Assembly: GCA_036172245.1 (NCBI GenBank)
Contig: JAYWIR010000115.1
Span: 1 to 64,000 of the forward strand
Direction of reading: 5' to 3'
DNA length: 64,000 nucleotides
Source of the DNA: Raillietiella orientalis
Taxonomy: Eukaryota
Part shown: piece by piece, positions 11,901 to 25,597 of the stretch
Layout of the letters: every line of letters begins with the position of its first letter
Numbering within the stretch: position 1 is the first letter of the stretch
Notes under the pieces: generated by a model
Told to the model about the DNA's origin: nothing
The model's database searches: none
What the model saw: only the letters and a program-made list of their open reading frames with translations
Position numbers and translations under genes: made by a program

Positions 11901-14900
11901 TAGGAGCTTCAAGATATGGTACGTCGCTTAGCTATTTGCCCAAAAAGTTGAGCTGAGGATTATTATTGCGATGCTTCCATACCAAGAAAGTAGGAAATAG
12001 ACAAAACCATGATGTGATTCCCCCACTTGAGCAGATAGAGAAGTATAAAGATGATACTGCGTTCAAAAGTATACTTGGTTGCCTGGAGGATAAGTGCAGG
12101 GGAAGAACGAGCTTATAATTGCGTTTATACAATCAACTGGTTTGGTTGTTTACTTCCCAGCTGCTTTAGCTGATGTTGGATAAAAATCGTTGAGAACAAA
12201 AATGGTAATAAGAAAGAAAATAAGATGAAAATTGTCTATGCCACATAGAGCGAAGAAGAACCACAAATAAACCTCTGAGAAGGATATTCTGAACTTGGTG
12301 AAATTCAACATTCTTGATAATGTAGCGAGTGATCCACCTGGATTCGGCGGTGTTGTCGACGGTAAGTGAAATGGTTTTCTCGTGTTTAACCGCAGAAAGG
12401 TTCTTCACCTTGGTCGCTCACTCGATCGTTTATGCAAAATCTCATTCAGCGCAGTGGAAGGCAATCTGGGAAAAGTCCCAAGCATGAAATATTCATACCA
12501 ATATACAATTTTTCTTTACGACTCCCCAAACAAAGGAGAATCTTCGACTGAATAAACACGCTATTTAAAATCTTCAGAGCGCTTTTATCCGGTAAAACAG
12601 CCAGTAAACATCAGCTCGAAGGGAAAATAGCTCTAAACATGAAAAACAGGTGTGGCTATGGATTCCCACGGGAAATTTCTCCGTATCTTGTCAAGCGTAC
12701 TCAAAGGTCCAAGCACAGATTGAAATTGGTTTGGTTTCATTCATAGTCAGAAGAGCGGAACAACAGATCTTTTTGATCGCTAGGGCTTGCACGTTTCTCT
12801 TTCTGCTTCCAAATCGCTAAACAAATGGAAAAAGGCTAATACAAGGGGAAGAAGGTTTCATTTTAGTTTTCATAGAATGCATTCAGCCTCTCTTGAAGAA
12901 AGAATGATACACGGGGTTAATCGACATTTCCGGAATGCCGACTCTGAATTCTCTGTTTGCCATTCTGATTTATGCAGCAATACTGGATCTCAATCAAGGC
13001 GAAAGACGGGTGTATTCTCTTGTTGCACCATTGATCATTTGACTGATGTCTTTTGGAGCCCTTGCTGGACCTTTGGAGAACTTATAATTAAAGGGAACAT
13101 CCACCACCTATTGCAACCGGGGCTAATGATTATGAAATCCATTTTATGCGTCCATCATTTCTTAAGTCGGTTAAATTGTTGTCCAACTTTGTTCCAGGAT
13201 TTTGAAGTTTTGCATTGTGGAAAAAATTTGGGTCAGCTTTCCACGGTATAGCACGTAACACCTCAGAAGCTGCATTTATAAAGAAGCTAAATTTTGTCCA
13301 GGGAGCTGAAAATCCATGTCCGCTGCAAAAGATGCAATCATTTTCATGTCCATTCACAGCCTCTTGAAGAAAGGACTGCTTACCGGCAAATACGGCATAC
13401 TGGTGTTTTGAAAAAATTGGATACTCGCCAATGTGAACCTGCAACGATTCGTCAAAGGAATTCTCGTAGCGTTAGAATGTTTTGCTCTGTTTACTGGTGC
13501 GCAGTAGCTTCAAGGTGCTTCAAGAAGAGAGCTTTGATGAAAAACGTGGACGGTGGGAGAAAATATACCAATGAAAACACCAATGAAATTTCATGCGAGA
13601 CAAACTTTCTGCCGTGGACATGGTAACCAAGCAGGAGGCTTTGATCTGTGTACCTCCTGACACCTGTGAAAACAAGGCAAGTCATTCTCCCCCGTGTACA
13701 CGGCACGTTTCTGGCTCAGGAGCAACACGTGTAGGCCACGTGAGCAGGAAAGTTGCCAGAAGCAAGTCTTCACGTTTCTGAATACGAATCGAACAAACCA
13801 GGTGTGTGCGAGATTATCTGGGTAGGGTTCATAATTTATGACTCTTCGCAACTGCGCGAGTTTGCAACTATGCAAACATGGATGCAATGAAATCGAAATC
13901 ACCGTCTCTAGATGAACATGCAGCTTAGTCATGGGATTCTTCAAGAGGATTTATGTGTGCAAGAAACACATTCAATAATGCATGTGCATGCAAGAATGAG
14001 CTTAGGAATAATTGGAAAAGGATACATGAAACAGCAATGATGCTAATAAACCAAAATAGTTACGCAATGGTGTGAAGGTTGAGTATTGTCCTGGAGTGCC
14101 GGGCAAACGGTGCGCTTTCTTGCTCCTGCATTCAGATGATAAAGTCATAGAGTTCGCTGCATGCTTGGAGGCTGCTGCAAGTATGGTTTCGTATGGATAC
14201 CCTCAATCAAAATGTCTTGCTTATCAAGATAGATGAAAATATAGCTTTTAGCAAAAGCTACGGCAGCGGGACATGGACAGTACAGCGCTTAAACAGCAAA
14301 GAATATTAGGAAGTACAGCAGCTTCAGAACAGACCCTCTATCCTCAATAGAGGAAAGAACTTAAATTAGAAAGATTAGAGAAATTACAAAAGCGTTTCCT
14401 TCTCAGGATACACAGCTGCAGTTGTGCTACAATCTATGTTCTCAGTTGAAGATATGTATGGAGAATCACGAAAAATCCAAGGTGGCTTTCCTAAACAAGG
14501 CATGGAAGTAACGGATTTGTGTGGTTTCATCGAATCTGCCCAAGTTGCAAAAGCAGCATCCTGTAATTGGGATTGGGATTCAGATTTTTGCTCAGGCAGC
14601 TTGTGCTCTACTCACTACTGAAGTTCAGGTTATTCGACTTGAAGGAAGAAAACTACCCACCTGGCAGGCTTAGGGCAACACCGAAGATGAGGAAACCGAC
14701 GCAAGAAAGATGCAGTAGATCTGTGCAAACTTTGAAAAGGATGAACTAAATGTGCTTATCTTATTCCAGCAGCTATCGCCCAGGAATCGGGAACAAAGCG
14801 CTTTCTCACTGTTGCTCCCGCACTTTGGTGAGATAGAGCTTCTCTCACAGGTGTGTCACAGGAAGCTGGCATGCGCTCCTGCTCAACAGGAGTCCTCCTT

Positions 14901-16950
14901 TGGCGTAACTCGCGCATAATGATTTTACTCGCGCCACTAGCTCCATGGGGATGCCCAGACTCCAGGGAATCAGGCTGCTTCTCGGCATCCACAGTTGTGT
15001 TCTTGTCCGCATTGCTGCCGCCCGCGGACTTTCTTCTGCTATCACGAGAATGCGATGAGTGCTACTGCATTACTAAACTGCGGTTTGTTGGGCGTCTCGG
15101 AGTTGCAGCACTTCAGAAGTGTTTTCCCTGTTCGTTACTTTTAGTAAAAACTCTTCAAAGAGCAGTAAGGAGCTGCGCTAATAATTATATCGACAAAATC
15201 TTGAGGAGAAATGGTTGCATGCATGAATATCTCAGAAAACTTTGTAAGATCGTCATCAAATTATTGCACTTTCCTAGACGCCGTTTTCGATCCGATGTTT
15301 TTCCGGTCCCGTGTCTTGGCAACACTGAATTCAGTTCTTCAAATCCCCACCAGCAATACGGCATGGTCTTCGACGAATTCTTAACTGCGCGAAGTACATT
15401 TCTCTTGTACTCCGATAAAAGTATCTCTTGGTATTCTGTTCTCTGCAGCACATTCTTCGTGAGAGACTGTCTGTTTCCGGCTAAGCATCTTCCGGGATAC
15501 ATGCATTATGAAACTTAGGAGCAATTTGCTGGTAGATTGCAACCTGCAAGAGCTTGAGCGGATTCATGCTATCATGCGCGATGTCCTGGAATAATGATGT
15601 GCTTGCTGTTGCCTTGTAGATCTCTGTGCTCAACCGTGCAATGTGTTAAAGAAAAACTATTCTTTTCAATGAAGTTTAATACTTAGAAACTCCTGCGAAG
15701 ATCGGACAAGGAACGTTAATAATTAAAGGTGCAATACACTTTTAAAGATGCGACCACCTGCATACAGGATAACTCTCTTCCATGAAGCAACATTAGCAAA
15801 CTCCTCAGCTGTAGAACGGGACCCAATAACCTATCGATGGTTGACGACTTCTCAGCCATCCACCGACCCAGTCAACAACCCAGATCTGCGTATTCTCAAA
15901 TAACACGTAAACAATAACATGTTAACATGGTTAAACCATGTTAGCGTCCTCGTTTTAAACCCCTATCACAACATTATTTTTACTCCATAGTCCATCACAG
16001 TAACAAATAGACACTTGTCAATTCATAACCCTTTACAGCTTATTGCTGAAAAAGTAAAGTTCTATTTCATAGATTTCGTTGTTGATTACATTCGGTAACC
16101 GCATTACGCTAGGAATCAACCATACGTCAGAAAACATTACTCAGCTTTGCACATGTTTCGCCATTTCGCGGTCGCAAATATGAATTACGAAAATACAACT
16201 GTTTTTTCTTTTTCCATCTAAGGATAACTTCAAACATGCCTTTGTCGAAAAATCTGCACCGAATGGATCCGAAAAGTATTTTCCTTATACAGCATTAACC
16301 GACTGAGTCATGAAGATTCATTTTGTGAATATGAATTCTGCATGGACCCTACAGTGAGGAAAGTACATACTTTAGTCACTATTTTGCTCAACTTCTCACT
16401 GATTATCAATGTTATTCCCTATCACTATGAAATCATTTCATTACAAACATTCATCACCCCTAATACAATGAGCAACTCACATGGAGAACATCTGCTTTCA
16501 CCATTCGAATGTCTGCGCGTAAATTTTACTTTCGGTAGATCAAGGATGCTATAGTGACACTATAGGAACGGAAAATTAAATAACGAATGGATCCATTATT
16601 ACAATTGTTCTTCTCGAAGTACGTTGCGATCACTCCCATCTCATGGAAACTTATAGGATGGTGTATCCTCACATCGAACATTTGACATTCCATCTATTTT
16701 TCTGGAAAGTTTTTACCGTTGCCACTTAATCGCAACGCTAATATACTCTTCTGAAGTACATCAAGCAGTCTTAACTTCAAAAATAACTTGCGTTGCTTCA
16801 AGAATCTCATTTGATAACAGAAATCCTTCTTCCAGTTGCTACTAACATATGGTAGTCTTCTTCTTAAAATCCCAGTTATCGATGTTTCGTAATAGGCTGA
16901 AAAATTTCGCTTTAAAATCAACAGCTGAAACAATTAATACATCCACTAAT
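8950..16950. other. AT-richer element-free interval, possibly a spliced host gene or pseudogene of unknown product (probably minus strand)
   Basis: No retrotransposon motifs; short exon-like minus-strand frames (10193-10459, 10707-11102, 13130-13444, 14756-14992, 15185-15502) with some GTAAG / YAG boundaries; no recognisable domain and no coherent gene model. Confidence 0.3.
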
Positions 16951-16979
16951 GAAATTTAGAATTATCAGGAAATCCACAT

Positions 16980-17497
16980 TCAGCAACAGGAGGCTGTGAG
17001 CTCATCCTCATCCGCGGAAACAACCTCCAGAAGTCAGAACGTCAGTCTAAGTAGCCGAATAGATGAATTCCAGCATGCTGCGAGGCAAATGACCACTTGA
17101 GCGAAAAAGGGAAACGTGAGAAAAAATGTTACGAATCCATCACGCTCCGACGTTGCACTGTAGGGAAAGCCCAGGGACGATGGTGAGCAGGAGAGTGACT
17201 TCCCACACCTTCCATGCGACCCTGCTGATCAGTCGATTCCATGGAATAGAAAGAACAGCAACAGGAAGCACATCGTCCTCCTTGCTCTTCAAAAGATCGG
17301 GGTGCGTAAGTGGCCGTACCACTTTCCAAGGAATAATACCTGGATTCGAAAGTCACTGACACATCCGCGTGGACAATTCGAACGTCCGAAGACTGTGCGA
17401 AGACGACAAAAGACGAGACACGGCCACTACGCTGCGTGACTTTCACCAGTTGCACCTGTAGGAGATCCATGTGATCAGCACATAAACGTCCAAAAGA
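16980..17497 (+). mobile_element. Heavily decayed element fragment (ORF1 end + EN start, subfamily D)
   Basis: CCAAGGAATAATACCTGG junction matches 48092-48110; translates to RVDNSNVRRLCEDDKRRDTATTLRDF...EIHVIS (EN start). Confidence 0.7.
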
Positions 17498-20178
17498 TTT
17501 TTCACCCGTCCAAGCCGGGTCGTTTGTTCCATATAATATAAACGGGATCAATCACAATTACATAAAATAAACCAGTTGGAAACCTGGTTCCCATCCCACA
17601 ACTAAACAAGGATGAAGAGAAGATTGCTAGCACGCAGGCCAGAATAACAGTCTTGCGAACGGGGTGGGGGAACGGGATACACAAACAAACAAAAACAAAA
17701 GTAAAACAATTAATGAAGATGACGGGACGAGAGTCTTTGGGATCGTCGTGGTAGGTACCGGGATAGAAGAAACGGCACCGGGAATACAGCAGAGCCAAAA
17801 AGGATGGGGTATGTTTGGGCTACAGGACGCAGTGGTCAGCAGATTACGTTGTTCTCAAAACTATGTAAACCAACAATGGATGCCAACGATGTGTTCTTCT
17901 ACCTCGTCATCATGATGAGGCCACCTCGCAGCCATGTCCATGAATTCACCTGCAAACGGATGAGCCTCCCTTTGCTTTGCTGAGAACCACAGGGCGTAGC
18001 GGGCCTTAACGAAGGCACGAATGCAACACATGGTTGCGGCAATCGCGCCTAACAAAAGTCCATTCTTGATGGAGAAGCGCAGCAGCACATCAATTGCAGT
18101 GCCTCCTTGCGGCAGGATGCCTGAAATCAGCCTTTGCCACAGTTCATGGAGGTCAATGCAGTCCAGCAAGAGGAGCGGAAAAGACTCGATCTCTCCGCAC
18201 CTCAGACAGTTTGGCAGAGCAGCTCTGCGGAAAACGATGCAGAGCTGCCGATTATAGTGGAATGCTCAGTGTGAAGAAGAGCAGCACATCTTGTTCCCAT
18301 TTTAAAGGAAACACGGTGCTATCCAAAAAAACTGGGGGAACTTATATCTGTTATGGGCAAAACTTGAATGTTCACTCCACTTGAGCAGGCCCTTCGCCCG
18401 ATTCCGAGGAGACGCGGTTTCCATCGGCTCCTTTCTCGTCCAGCTGTCCAGGAGCTTGCTCACTTCCGCTATTCTGCAGAACACCCATTTCGCACGGATG
18501 CAACTGTCGTTGCTTTCCCTCTGGGGAAACAGCGCTGAGGCGAGTGGTATTGTGCCCAGACGATCCGACTTCTTGTCCTGCATGATATCGTCCATTGGAT
18601 GACTGAGGAGAAGTCGCAGGCGTCGAAGTTCTTCCGGACGCGCTCCTTCGGAAGCTACCCAAGATGAAAAAGATTACTGCCGCCATGCATTAATGTTCAT
18701 GGGGCGGCAGGAGATCCAACATTGGGCTTCCAGCAGTGAGGAAAGCTGCCTCAGCGGGAAACCAAACCCTATTCTGGTGTGCCGAAAGTGGGGCAGCAGC
18801 GAATGCAGGCCCTCACTTTCCGTTCATCGCCTTAGTATAAGGCGTGCGGGTAAGCACCACGGCGTAGAATACAGCTTGGCACAGAGCCGCAGCATTCGAA
18901 ACACCACCTGCAGCCCTATGCTTTTTAAGTGTAGGATGCTCAAGCTTGCATCCTGACGCAACGCCAACAAGTCTTTAATATTAACACGCGATCTTGCAGC
19001 GCGCTACAACGCTCTGCGTAGAAGGTGCTGCGCCCAGCCTTTGACTTCCTGGGGGGGTGGACAAACAGAAAACAAGGGGCGGAGGAAAGGGGCAACGAAG
19101 GTGCTGCAGCTGCTGGCCCGTTCCGGCAAGACGAACTCGCCTCCTGAGAACGGGCCAAGTGCACGCTCTGCCTTCCGAAAGCAGTCCGACCACGCTACTG
19201 CGATGCAGAAGTCGCATGTGGTGATCCCCAGGCGGATTCAGTTGGACTGCTCCTTCCACGTCGCTCCCACTGGAACAACCATGCACTTCCTCCTGTTGAC
19301 GCTCACGCCCGCATCGCGACGGATCAACTGAAAGAAATCTTCAAGCGACACCGCCGGGGAGGACATGAGCAACAGAAGAAGCAGGTCGTCGGCATAGGCT
19401 GCCACTTACGGTGTACCTGGACAGGAGCTTGGCAGGTTGGCTGGCGTCAGCCTGGAATCCTTCAGCACCAATTCAAAATAGATGCTAAAGAGCAGCGGCC
19501 TTACGCTATCTGCCTGCCTTATTGCTTGCCGTACCGGCACGCCGTACACGCGACAGCCATTAAAAACAATGGATGTAATCGCGTGGCGCAAGTAGGAGCG
19601 CAAGTACACCAACAGGGATGCCGAAAGACCCACACTTTCAAAGAGCTCCAGAAGAAGCTTTTGGTTCACGCAATCAAATGCTTTGTGCAAATCGACTGCA
19701 ACCGCCAAGGCTCCCGGGGTTTCCCTTTGCGACCCGCGCCTCCTTCGGTGAGAGATCCGAAGCGTCACTTCGGCACGACGATCCATCGCCACGCGATGCT
19801 GCAATTGCAGCCATGTGCGGATGAACAAGAGGTTCGCGTCCATGGACCGCCCAGGAACAGCGTAGGTCTGCTCCGAACTTAACAAAGACTCCGCGATCTT
19901 TCCCATCCGCGCCACCCAAAGTTTCAAGAACAACTTTACAACTATGAATTCACTAATGTGATCGGACGCCAATTTTTCTGTTGGCGCAAATCTCCGCCTT
20001 TTGGTAGGAGACACACCTTCGCTGAGCGAACCGAGGCGGATACATCGCTCGCGTCTCGTATGAGCGACGAGAGTTCACGCACCAGGGGGATGAGCTCCGT
20101 TGCAAAGCACTGAAAGAGCTCGGCGGGGAGACCATCCTCGCCTGGCGTTTTTGGTCTCTTGAGGCGCGAGAGGGCGGC
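17498..20178 (-). mobile_element. 3' half of an element (RT, zf-RVT, 3' UTR), decayed
   Basis: KTPGEDGLPAE, NWRPITLVN, DLHKAFD, YADD near 19385-19398; terminus AACAAA-CGACCCGGCTTGGACGGGTG-AAAAA at 17498-17528. Confidence 0.88.
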
Positions 20179-21803
20179 GTCCGGAACAAAAGCCAAATCC
20201 ATGCCGCGCGTAAAAACTCTCCGAGAATGTACGGTTACGCTGGAGCGCATGGACGTTCCCGCCGACACCACCGGAGGCAATACGGCTTCAATCGATTTTC
20301 CCACCGCGGCGGATACGCGCAGAAACCCAACCCCTGCCGGCGAAGAGTGTCAGCCGGGCGACAAACTCGCCGAAACTGAGGACGCACCCTTCGAGAAGGC
20401 CGCGGAGGAGCTTCCGGCAACGCTTGCCGAACGCGAGAACCCCTCGCGAGAGGGGTTGCGTAGGCCGGCAGCAGCTAAAATAGCCCCCAAAGGTGAGTCA
20501 GACCGAAAGTCCGGAAGTGCATCCTTCTCTGCGGAAGCATCATCAAGGAAAGCGGGCCGAAAATCTTAGAAACCCTGAAGGTGCATTCCGCCTCCGCGCG
20601 AGGTGGATGCAATGCACGAGAACCAGTGGACGGCAGCGTAGGAACCCAAGTCGAGCATTACCCACGTGCGGAAGCCGACGAGGAGGCGACTTCAATAAAG
20701 GAGGGTATTCAGGGGTCAGCAGCGCCCCCTGAAACCGCCGAACCTGAACCATTCGCACCAATGGATGTGGGCCAACAGGTACGAACAACACCCCCTTCGC
20801 ACGAGCAGCCGGAGACGTCAACACGTAAGAAGGATGAGGAGTTCGTGGGCAAGACGCCAACCCCGTCCAGCGACCCAGCCCAAGAGGTGACGGGAGCATC
20901 ACTGCCAGGTTTCCAGGAATAACACCTGGACTCGCCTCTCACGGTCGGATCCGTGCGGCCTGTAGGAATGTCAAGGGGCTTCGCGACGACGGAAACAGAC
21001 AAGACACAGCCGCCACCTTACGAGATTTCGACCTGGTACTTTTGCAGGAGATCCACGTGATCACCGCAAAAGACGCGCAGGAGATCGAAACGATCGCAAG
21101 GGGGCCGTTGAACTGGCGATGCGGCGCTCGCAACACCTGTGGGGTCGCGTTCTTTCTGAAGCCAGCCATCCACGCCGCCGTGAAGGGCGTGCGCTTTGGG
21201 GACGATGGACGGATCGGCCAACTGACTCAGAGATGGTCCGATTCGATCGACCTCATCGTCACCAATGTGAACGCTCCTAGCGGAAACAAGTTTACCAGCA
21301 GCGCAACGCGTTACTAAAAACCTTGAAGCACGAATGGCTGGTGGACACGTACCAGCGAAAGGCGCATCTTATAGCAAGGGATTTCAATGCCCGCCTGCTC
21401 TCAGATCAGCACGGAGCACAGGAGAACGCGATCAACGAGTTGTGCGCCGCCATGTGCGCGCACAAATTGTTCACAGAAATACAAGGGATGGTCAGCAGCG
21501 TGGACCACGTCTTCCTCGACGAAGACCTGTGTACACGGGTGGGAAAACGAGGGACACTTGAATCGACGCTGTCGGTTCATTCCCGGTTATTATTCGAGAT
21601 GCGCCCGCGCGACAAGAGACCTCAGTCCAGGGATTGGCGTATGCCAGGGGACTGAACGTACCTGTGAGCAGCGAAAGAACATCTTCGCGAATTCCTGCGA
21701 GGCGTCACCCTCCAGAGTCTCGCGGATTGGGAACTATTTAACGACTCGGTCCGGGAGTTCTGCGAGCAGTTACCTATGCAAAGTCTGCCCTGGGGATTTG
21801 GCG
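20179..21803 (+). mobile_element. Subfamily D element fragment (ORF1 C-half, EN, linker up to GFG)
   Basis: RECTVTLERM, FEKAAEEL; ORF1 stop 20920-20922; EN fragments 21042-21655; ends at GGATTTGGCG. Confidence 0.88.
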
Positions 21804-24800
21804 TTATCACCCGGGTACGCCCGGTGCGTTTATTCGCAAACTCTACATGCGTGGTACGAGGCCCCTCCACGGCCGTAAACACAGCACCTGTCAAGACACT
21901 GAGACGCAGCCCGGCGTGGCAATCCCCAACAGCGATGGGGGATGGAAAGAAGACAAAAAGAAAAATAAAAAAAGAAACAAAAAGATGTTGGAGGGCAGGC
22001 TAAGGATCACTGGTCGCTGTGGAGAGGGCCCATCCGTCGAACGAAGCCCTCGAGGTCTGTCTGAATTTTCCCTACATAAGGCCATCCGGCAGCTCTCCGC
22101 AAGAAGCGTTGGGCATACGGGATGACATCCCTCGCCTGTGGACACACTCCTTCGTTGTTGGCGTCGCTCCATGCCGCCGCGATGCCACGGACGCAGCACA
22201 AGACTGCGATGGCTGCGGCTGGCTGCAGTGCGTCCTTCACGAAGAGGGTCCGAAGAACGTCTGTGGGGGTGCTGCCCGTATGGAGCCCGAGGGTCGTCCC
22301 GAACCGTTTTTAAAGGGGTCGGAGGGCAGCACAATCCACAATAAGGTGAGGAAGCGAAACCCGCTCCCCGCACCTGGCACACGCAGGATCCACAGCTCCC
22401 CTCGCCCAGAGATAGCGGCGCGCGTTGCAGGGTAGACCCCAGGGCAACAGGAGCAACGCCGACTCTTGGCACTTGAGAAGCAGGATCCTAAATTCTTTCA
22501 TCTCCGGGGGCAATTCAGCTCATCCCTAGATATGGCGAGCAGCTCGCCCAATCTTCCTAATCCTCGCGGCTGGACGCTTGGTGTCGTGGCGTCGGCCAGT
22601 TCTCCTGTTGTCCAGCCGCTACTCAACTTCTCGCGTCCCTCGATGCAGCAGGAGACTTGCGACCTTGGCGTCCGGCTGCTGTGAAGTGCCCTTCTCAGGA
22701 AGGGCAGCGCCGTACCTAGGCAGGTCGTCTCTGCCCACGTGCATCTTGCTGGACTCTCCAGGAGATTCCGCAGTGTGCAGCGGGCGTAGGGGCTGCATCG
22801 GAAACGATTCCACGTTTCCTGGCTCCTCTGGTTAACCGCTGCCCACGTTTTAATATTCTCCTCCATCCAGGCGGAGGAGTTGGCGGGGCAGCAAACCATC
22901 CAGCTGTTCTCCTTGGCCAATGTTGCCAAGCGCCCGAGCAGTAGGCCGCATCTTCGCATCTTCCGGCCACGGCTCAGAAGAAAAGACGCGAGTCCATCGC
23001 ACCGGGACACACGGCTGGCCAGGAAGCGGGCCGGAGTGCACCAAGGGGTGCTCCACATCTTCGCTGCGGTGGCGAGGGTTCGCCACCGCAGCTGCTTCTC
23101 CACGCGCTCCAGCGTAAGGAGGCCAAGACCGCCGTCCCGACGCGGAGCGCACAAGTCCTTCAGTGGGACTCGGGGCCTCCCCTTGCCCCAAAGGGCGATA
23201 CGGAGGAGGTCCTTTGTCCTCTTCTTGGATTCCACGGTGAGGGGGCAAACAAAAAGCAAGGGGCTGAGAATAAGGGCCGCGAAGGCGTTCCAAACCGCGG
23301 CCCGTTCCGGCAAGTGAAACTTGCCTTCCAGGAACGGGCCGATCGCCTTTTCGACTTTTTGGAGGCAGCTGGACCACGGTTCCGCAGAGAAGAAGTCCCC
23401 CAACGGCACACCGAGGTACTTGATGCACCTCACCGTGGGGATACCCAGACGGACCCAGTCCTGCTGCCCTGCCCACGCCGCACCTATTGGCACAACCGAC
23501 GACTTCGCCCTGTTAACCTGCAGTCCGATCCCGCGGCTGAGCAGATCGAAGAAGTCTCCGACCACCTTTGCCGGGGTAGACATTAGCAACAACAGCAGAA
23601 GATCGTCGGCGTACGCTGCTACGGCGGGCGTGCCGGGGCACGAGCTCGGTAAGGGGGCCAAAGTCACCCTGTACGCTCTCAGCACCAACTCAAAGTATGT
23701 GCTGAAGAGCAGGGGTATGAGGCTATCTCCCTGCCTTATGCCCCGCCGCACCGGCACGCCATACACCTTGTGACCGCGGAAAGAGACGGTCATCATCGCA
23801 TTCCGACAGCAAGAGCGCAGGTAGGAAAGCAGAGAGGGTGGGAAGCCCACGCGACGCAAGAGCTCTAAGAGTAGTTCCTAGTCTACACAGTCGAACGGCA
23901 TGTGGACATGGACTGCGAGCGCGAGGGCACCCTTCCCCGCCCGGGGTTTTCTTTTCAGCCCGGATTGCGGGCCCAATGTGGGGTTGCTGACTTTCATTAT
24001 CCCTTTCTTCTCTCTTCTCTGCAGGTGCATCCATGTGCTTTCGAAGGAGAGGTTGGCATCCATACTTCTCCCGGGAACAGCATAAGTCTGCTCCGGGCTA
24101 ATTACGGATCCTGCCACCTGCCCCAGACGCGAAGCTGATAGCCCTGCTATTAACTTGACGTCTGTCTGCACGATCGTGATAAGACGCTAGTTCTTTACAT
24201 ATCTAAGGTTTCCCCCTTTCGGAAGGAGCCTGACTCTGGCTGACCGAAACGAGGCGGGAACATCGCCTTCGTCTCGGATCAGCCTGAACAACTTAAGCAA
24301 CAGGGGTTCCAGCTCTTCCGCGAAGCTCTAAAAGAACTCCGCGGGGAAGCCGTCTTCCCCTGGAGCCCTACGCCTTTTAAGCCTTTTGATACCGGTGAGA
24401 ATTTTGCCGGTGGTAAAAGGCTGGTCAAGGCTTTCCATCTCCTCCTCCACTATTGCCGGGGCACCATCCGGAAGCAAGCGCCGAAAGGCGTCTCGATCCG
24501 GAAGCTTCCTGGTGTGAAGGGAGGAATAAAAACCCCGCATGAGATGTAGTACCGACTCCGGGGACGAACATTCCCGGCCCTGGTCGCCCAGCAAGCTGGC
24601 CGACCCGGATTGCCAGGCCTGGCGTTCGGCCCCGGCGCGGTACTCGGCCAGGCGACGGACATTAGGGATTCTCTCGTACCTACGAGCCTGTAAATAAGCC
24701 CGATGCTTGCGAGGACCGTCGCCGAATCCGGAAGCAGGCGGTTTAAGGGGAACTGCTAGCAGAACTACCGGACCAAGGCCATAAAAAGGTCCCAATCCGT

Positions 24801-24815
24801 AAGACTCTGGAGCGT
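21804..24815 (-). mobile_element. 3' half of an element (linker, RT, zf-RVT, 3' end)
   Basis: ORF 22498-23859 with GIRQGDSL, YADDLLL, KYLGV; terminal AATAAA (21829-21834) + CCGGG-CGTA-CCCGG hairpin. Confidence 0.92.
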
Positions 24816-25597
24816 CGAGCGGACGTGTCTTTTCGCTGCTCCTGAGTTTCATTTCCATTGGTGCTTGCGCGTGGTGTGGGTGGAGGATTAGGCAGCAATG
24901 CCTGATACCATCACCGACGAGGATCCGGGGGCGATGACCTCATTGCCCCGGAGGAGTTGGAGGTGGGGCTTCCGCATCAGTGGAGGCTCCCGAGAGCACG
25001 GATGCGGCCCCGGCCCTACCCAGGGCTTGGAACACCGTGGCTGCGGCACCTACGTCAGCGGAAACTCTACTCCTTTTGTCGATTACGACGAGGTGCTTGG
25101 CGGCCTGAGTGCAGCGCGAGAGACGGTTCGCGAATGGTGTGAGTTTCCCCACAAACTCACCTTCAACGGTGAATCCGTTGACGTGCAGTACGTGGGGAAA
25201 CCCAAGTTATGCGGCTGCTGCAGCAGCTTTGGTCACCTTAAAATGAGGTGTCTGAGCGTGCAGTGCCAGCAATGTGAACAAGCAGGCACACCCGTCTGAT
25301 GTGCCCCCAAAACACAGTTCGCGTTATGTCCGCAAAAAACGCGAGTAAGCGCGCGGCTAAAAAAAGAAAGAAGTTGGCAGCTCGTGCTGCTGCTAAGGAA
25401 TTCACCTACGCCACCAAGGCGAAGGCCAGCCCCGACACCCCGGCGAAAAACGCCAAAAAGGTCGAGGGTGAGGGTCAAGAGCCAGGTTGGCAGAAGGTCG
25501 ACTCCAAGAAGAAGTCCTCTAAGAAGGGTAAAAACGTACAGAAACGGAACGAAACCGCTTCGCGCCGCGAAAAAACCAAAACCTGCTGCGTCGTCGT
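24816..25597 (+). mobile_element. Subfamily B element, 5' part (ORF1 with internal deletion); continues at 36965
   Basis: GAGCGGACGTG at 5' end; CGCCSSFGHLKMRC knuckle; ends in 10-bp TSD GCGTCGTCGT (25588-25597). Confidence 0.88.
25588..25597 (+). repeat. 10-bp target-site duplication GCGTCGTCGT (partner 36965-36974)
   Basis: Exact direct repeat flanking the subfamily C element; single copy in the uninterrupted paralogue near 60601-60611. Confidence 0.9.

Noticed and set aside
14853..15518. 221-aa plus-strand ORF and other short ORFs in the unique interval
   Set aside because: No recognisable domain and competing minus-strand frames; a product cannot be assigned.
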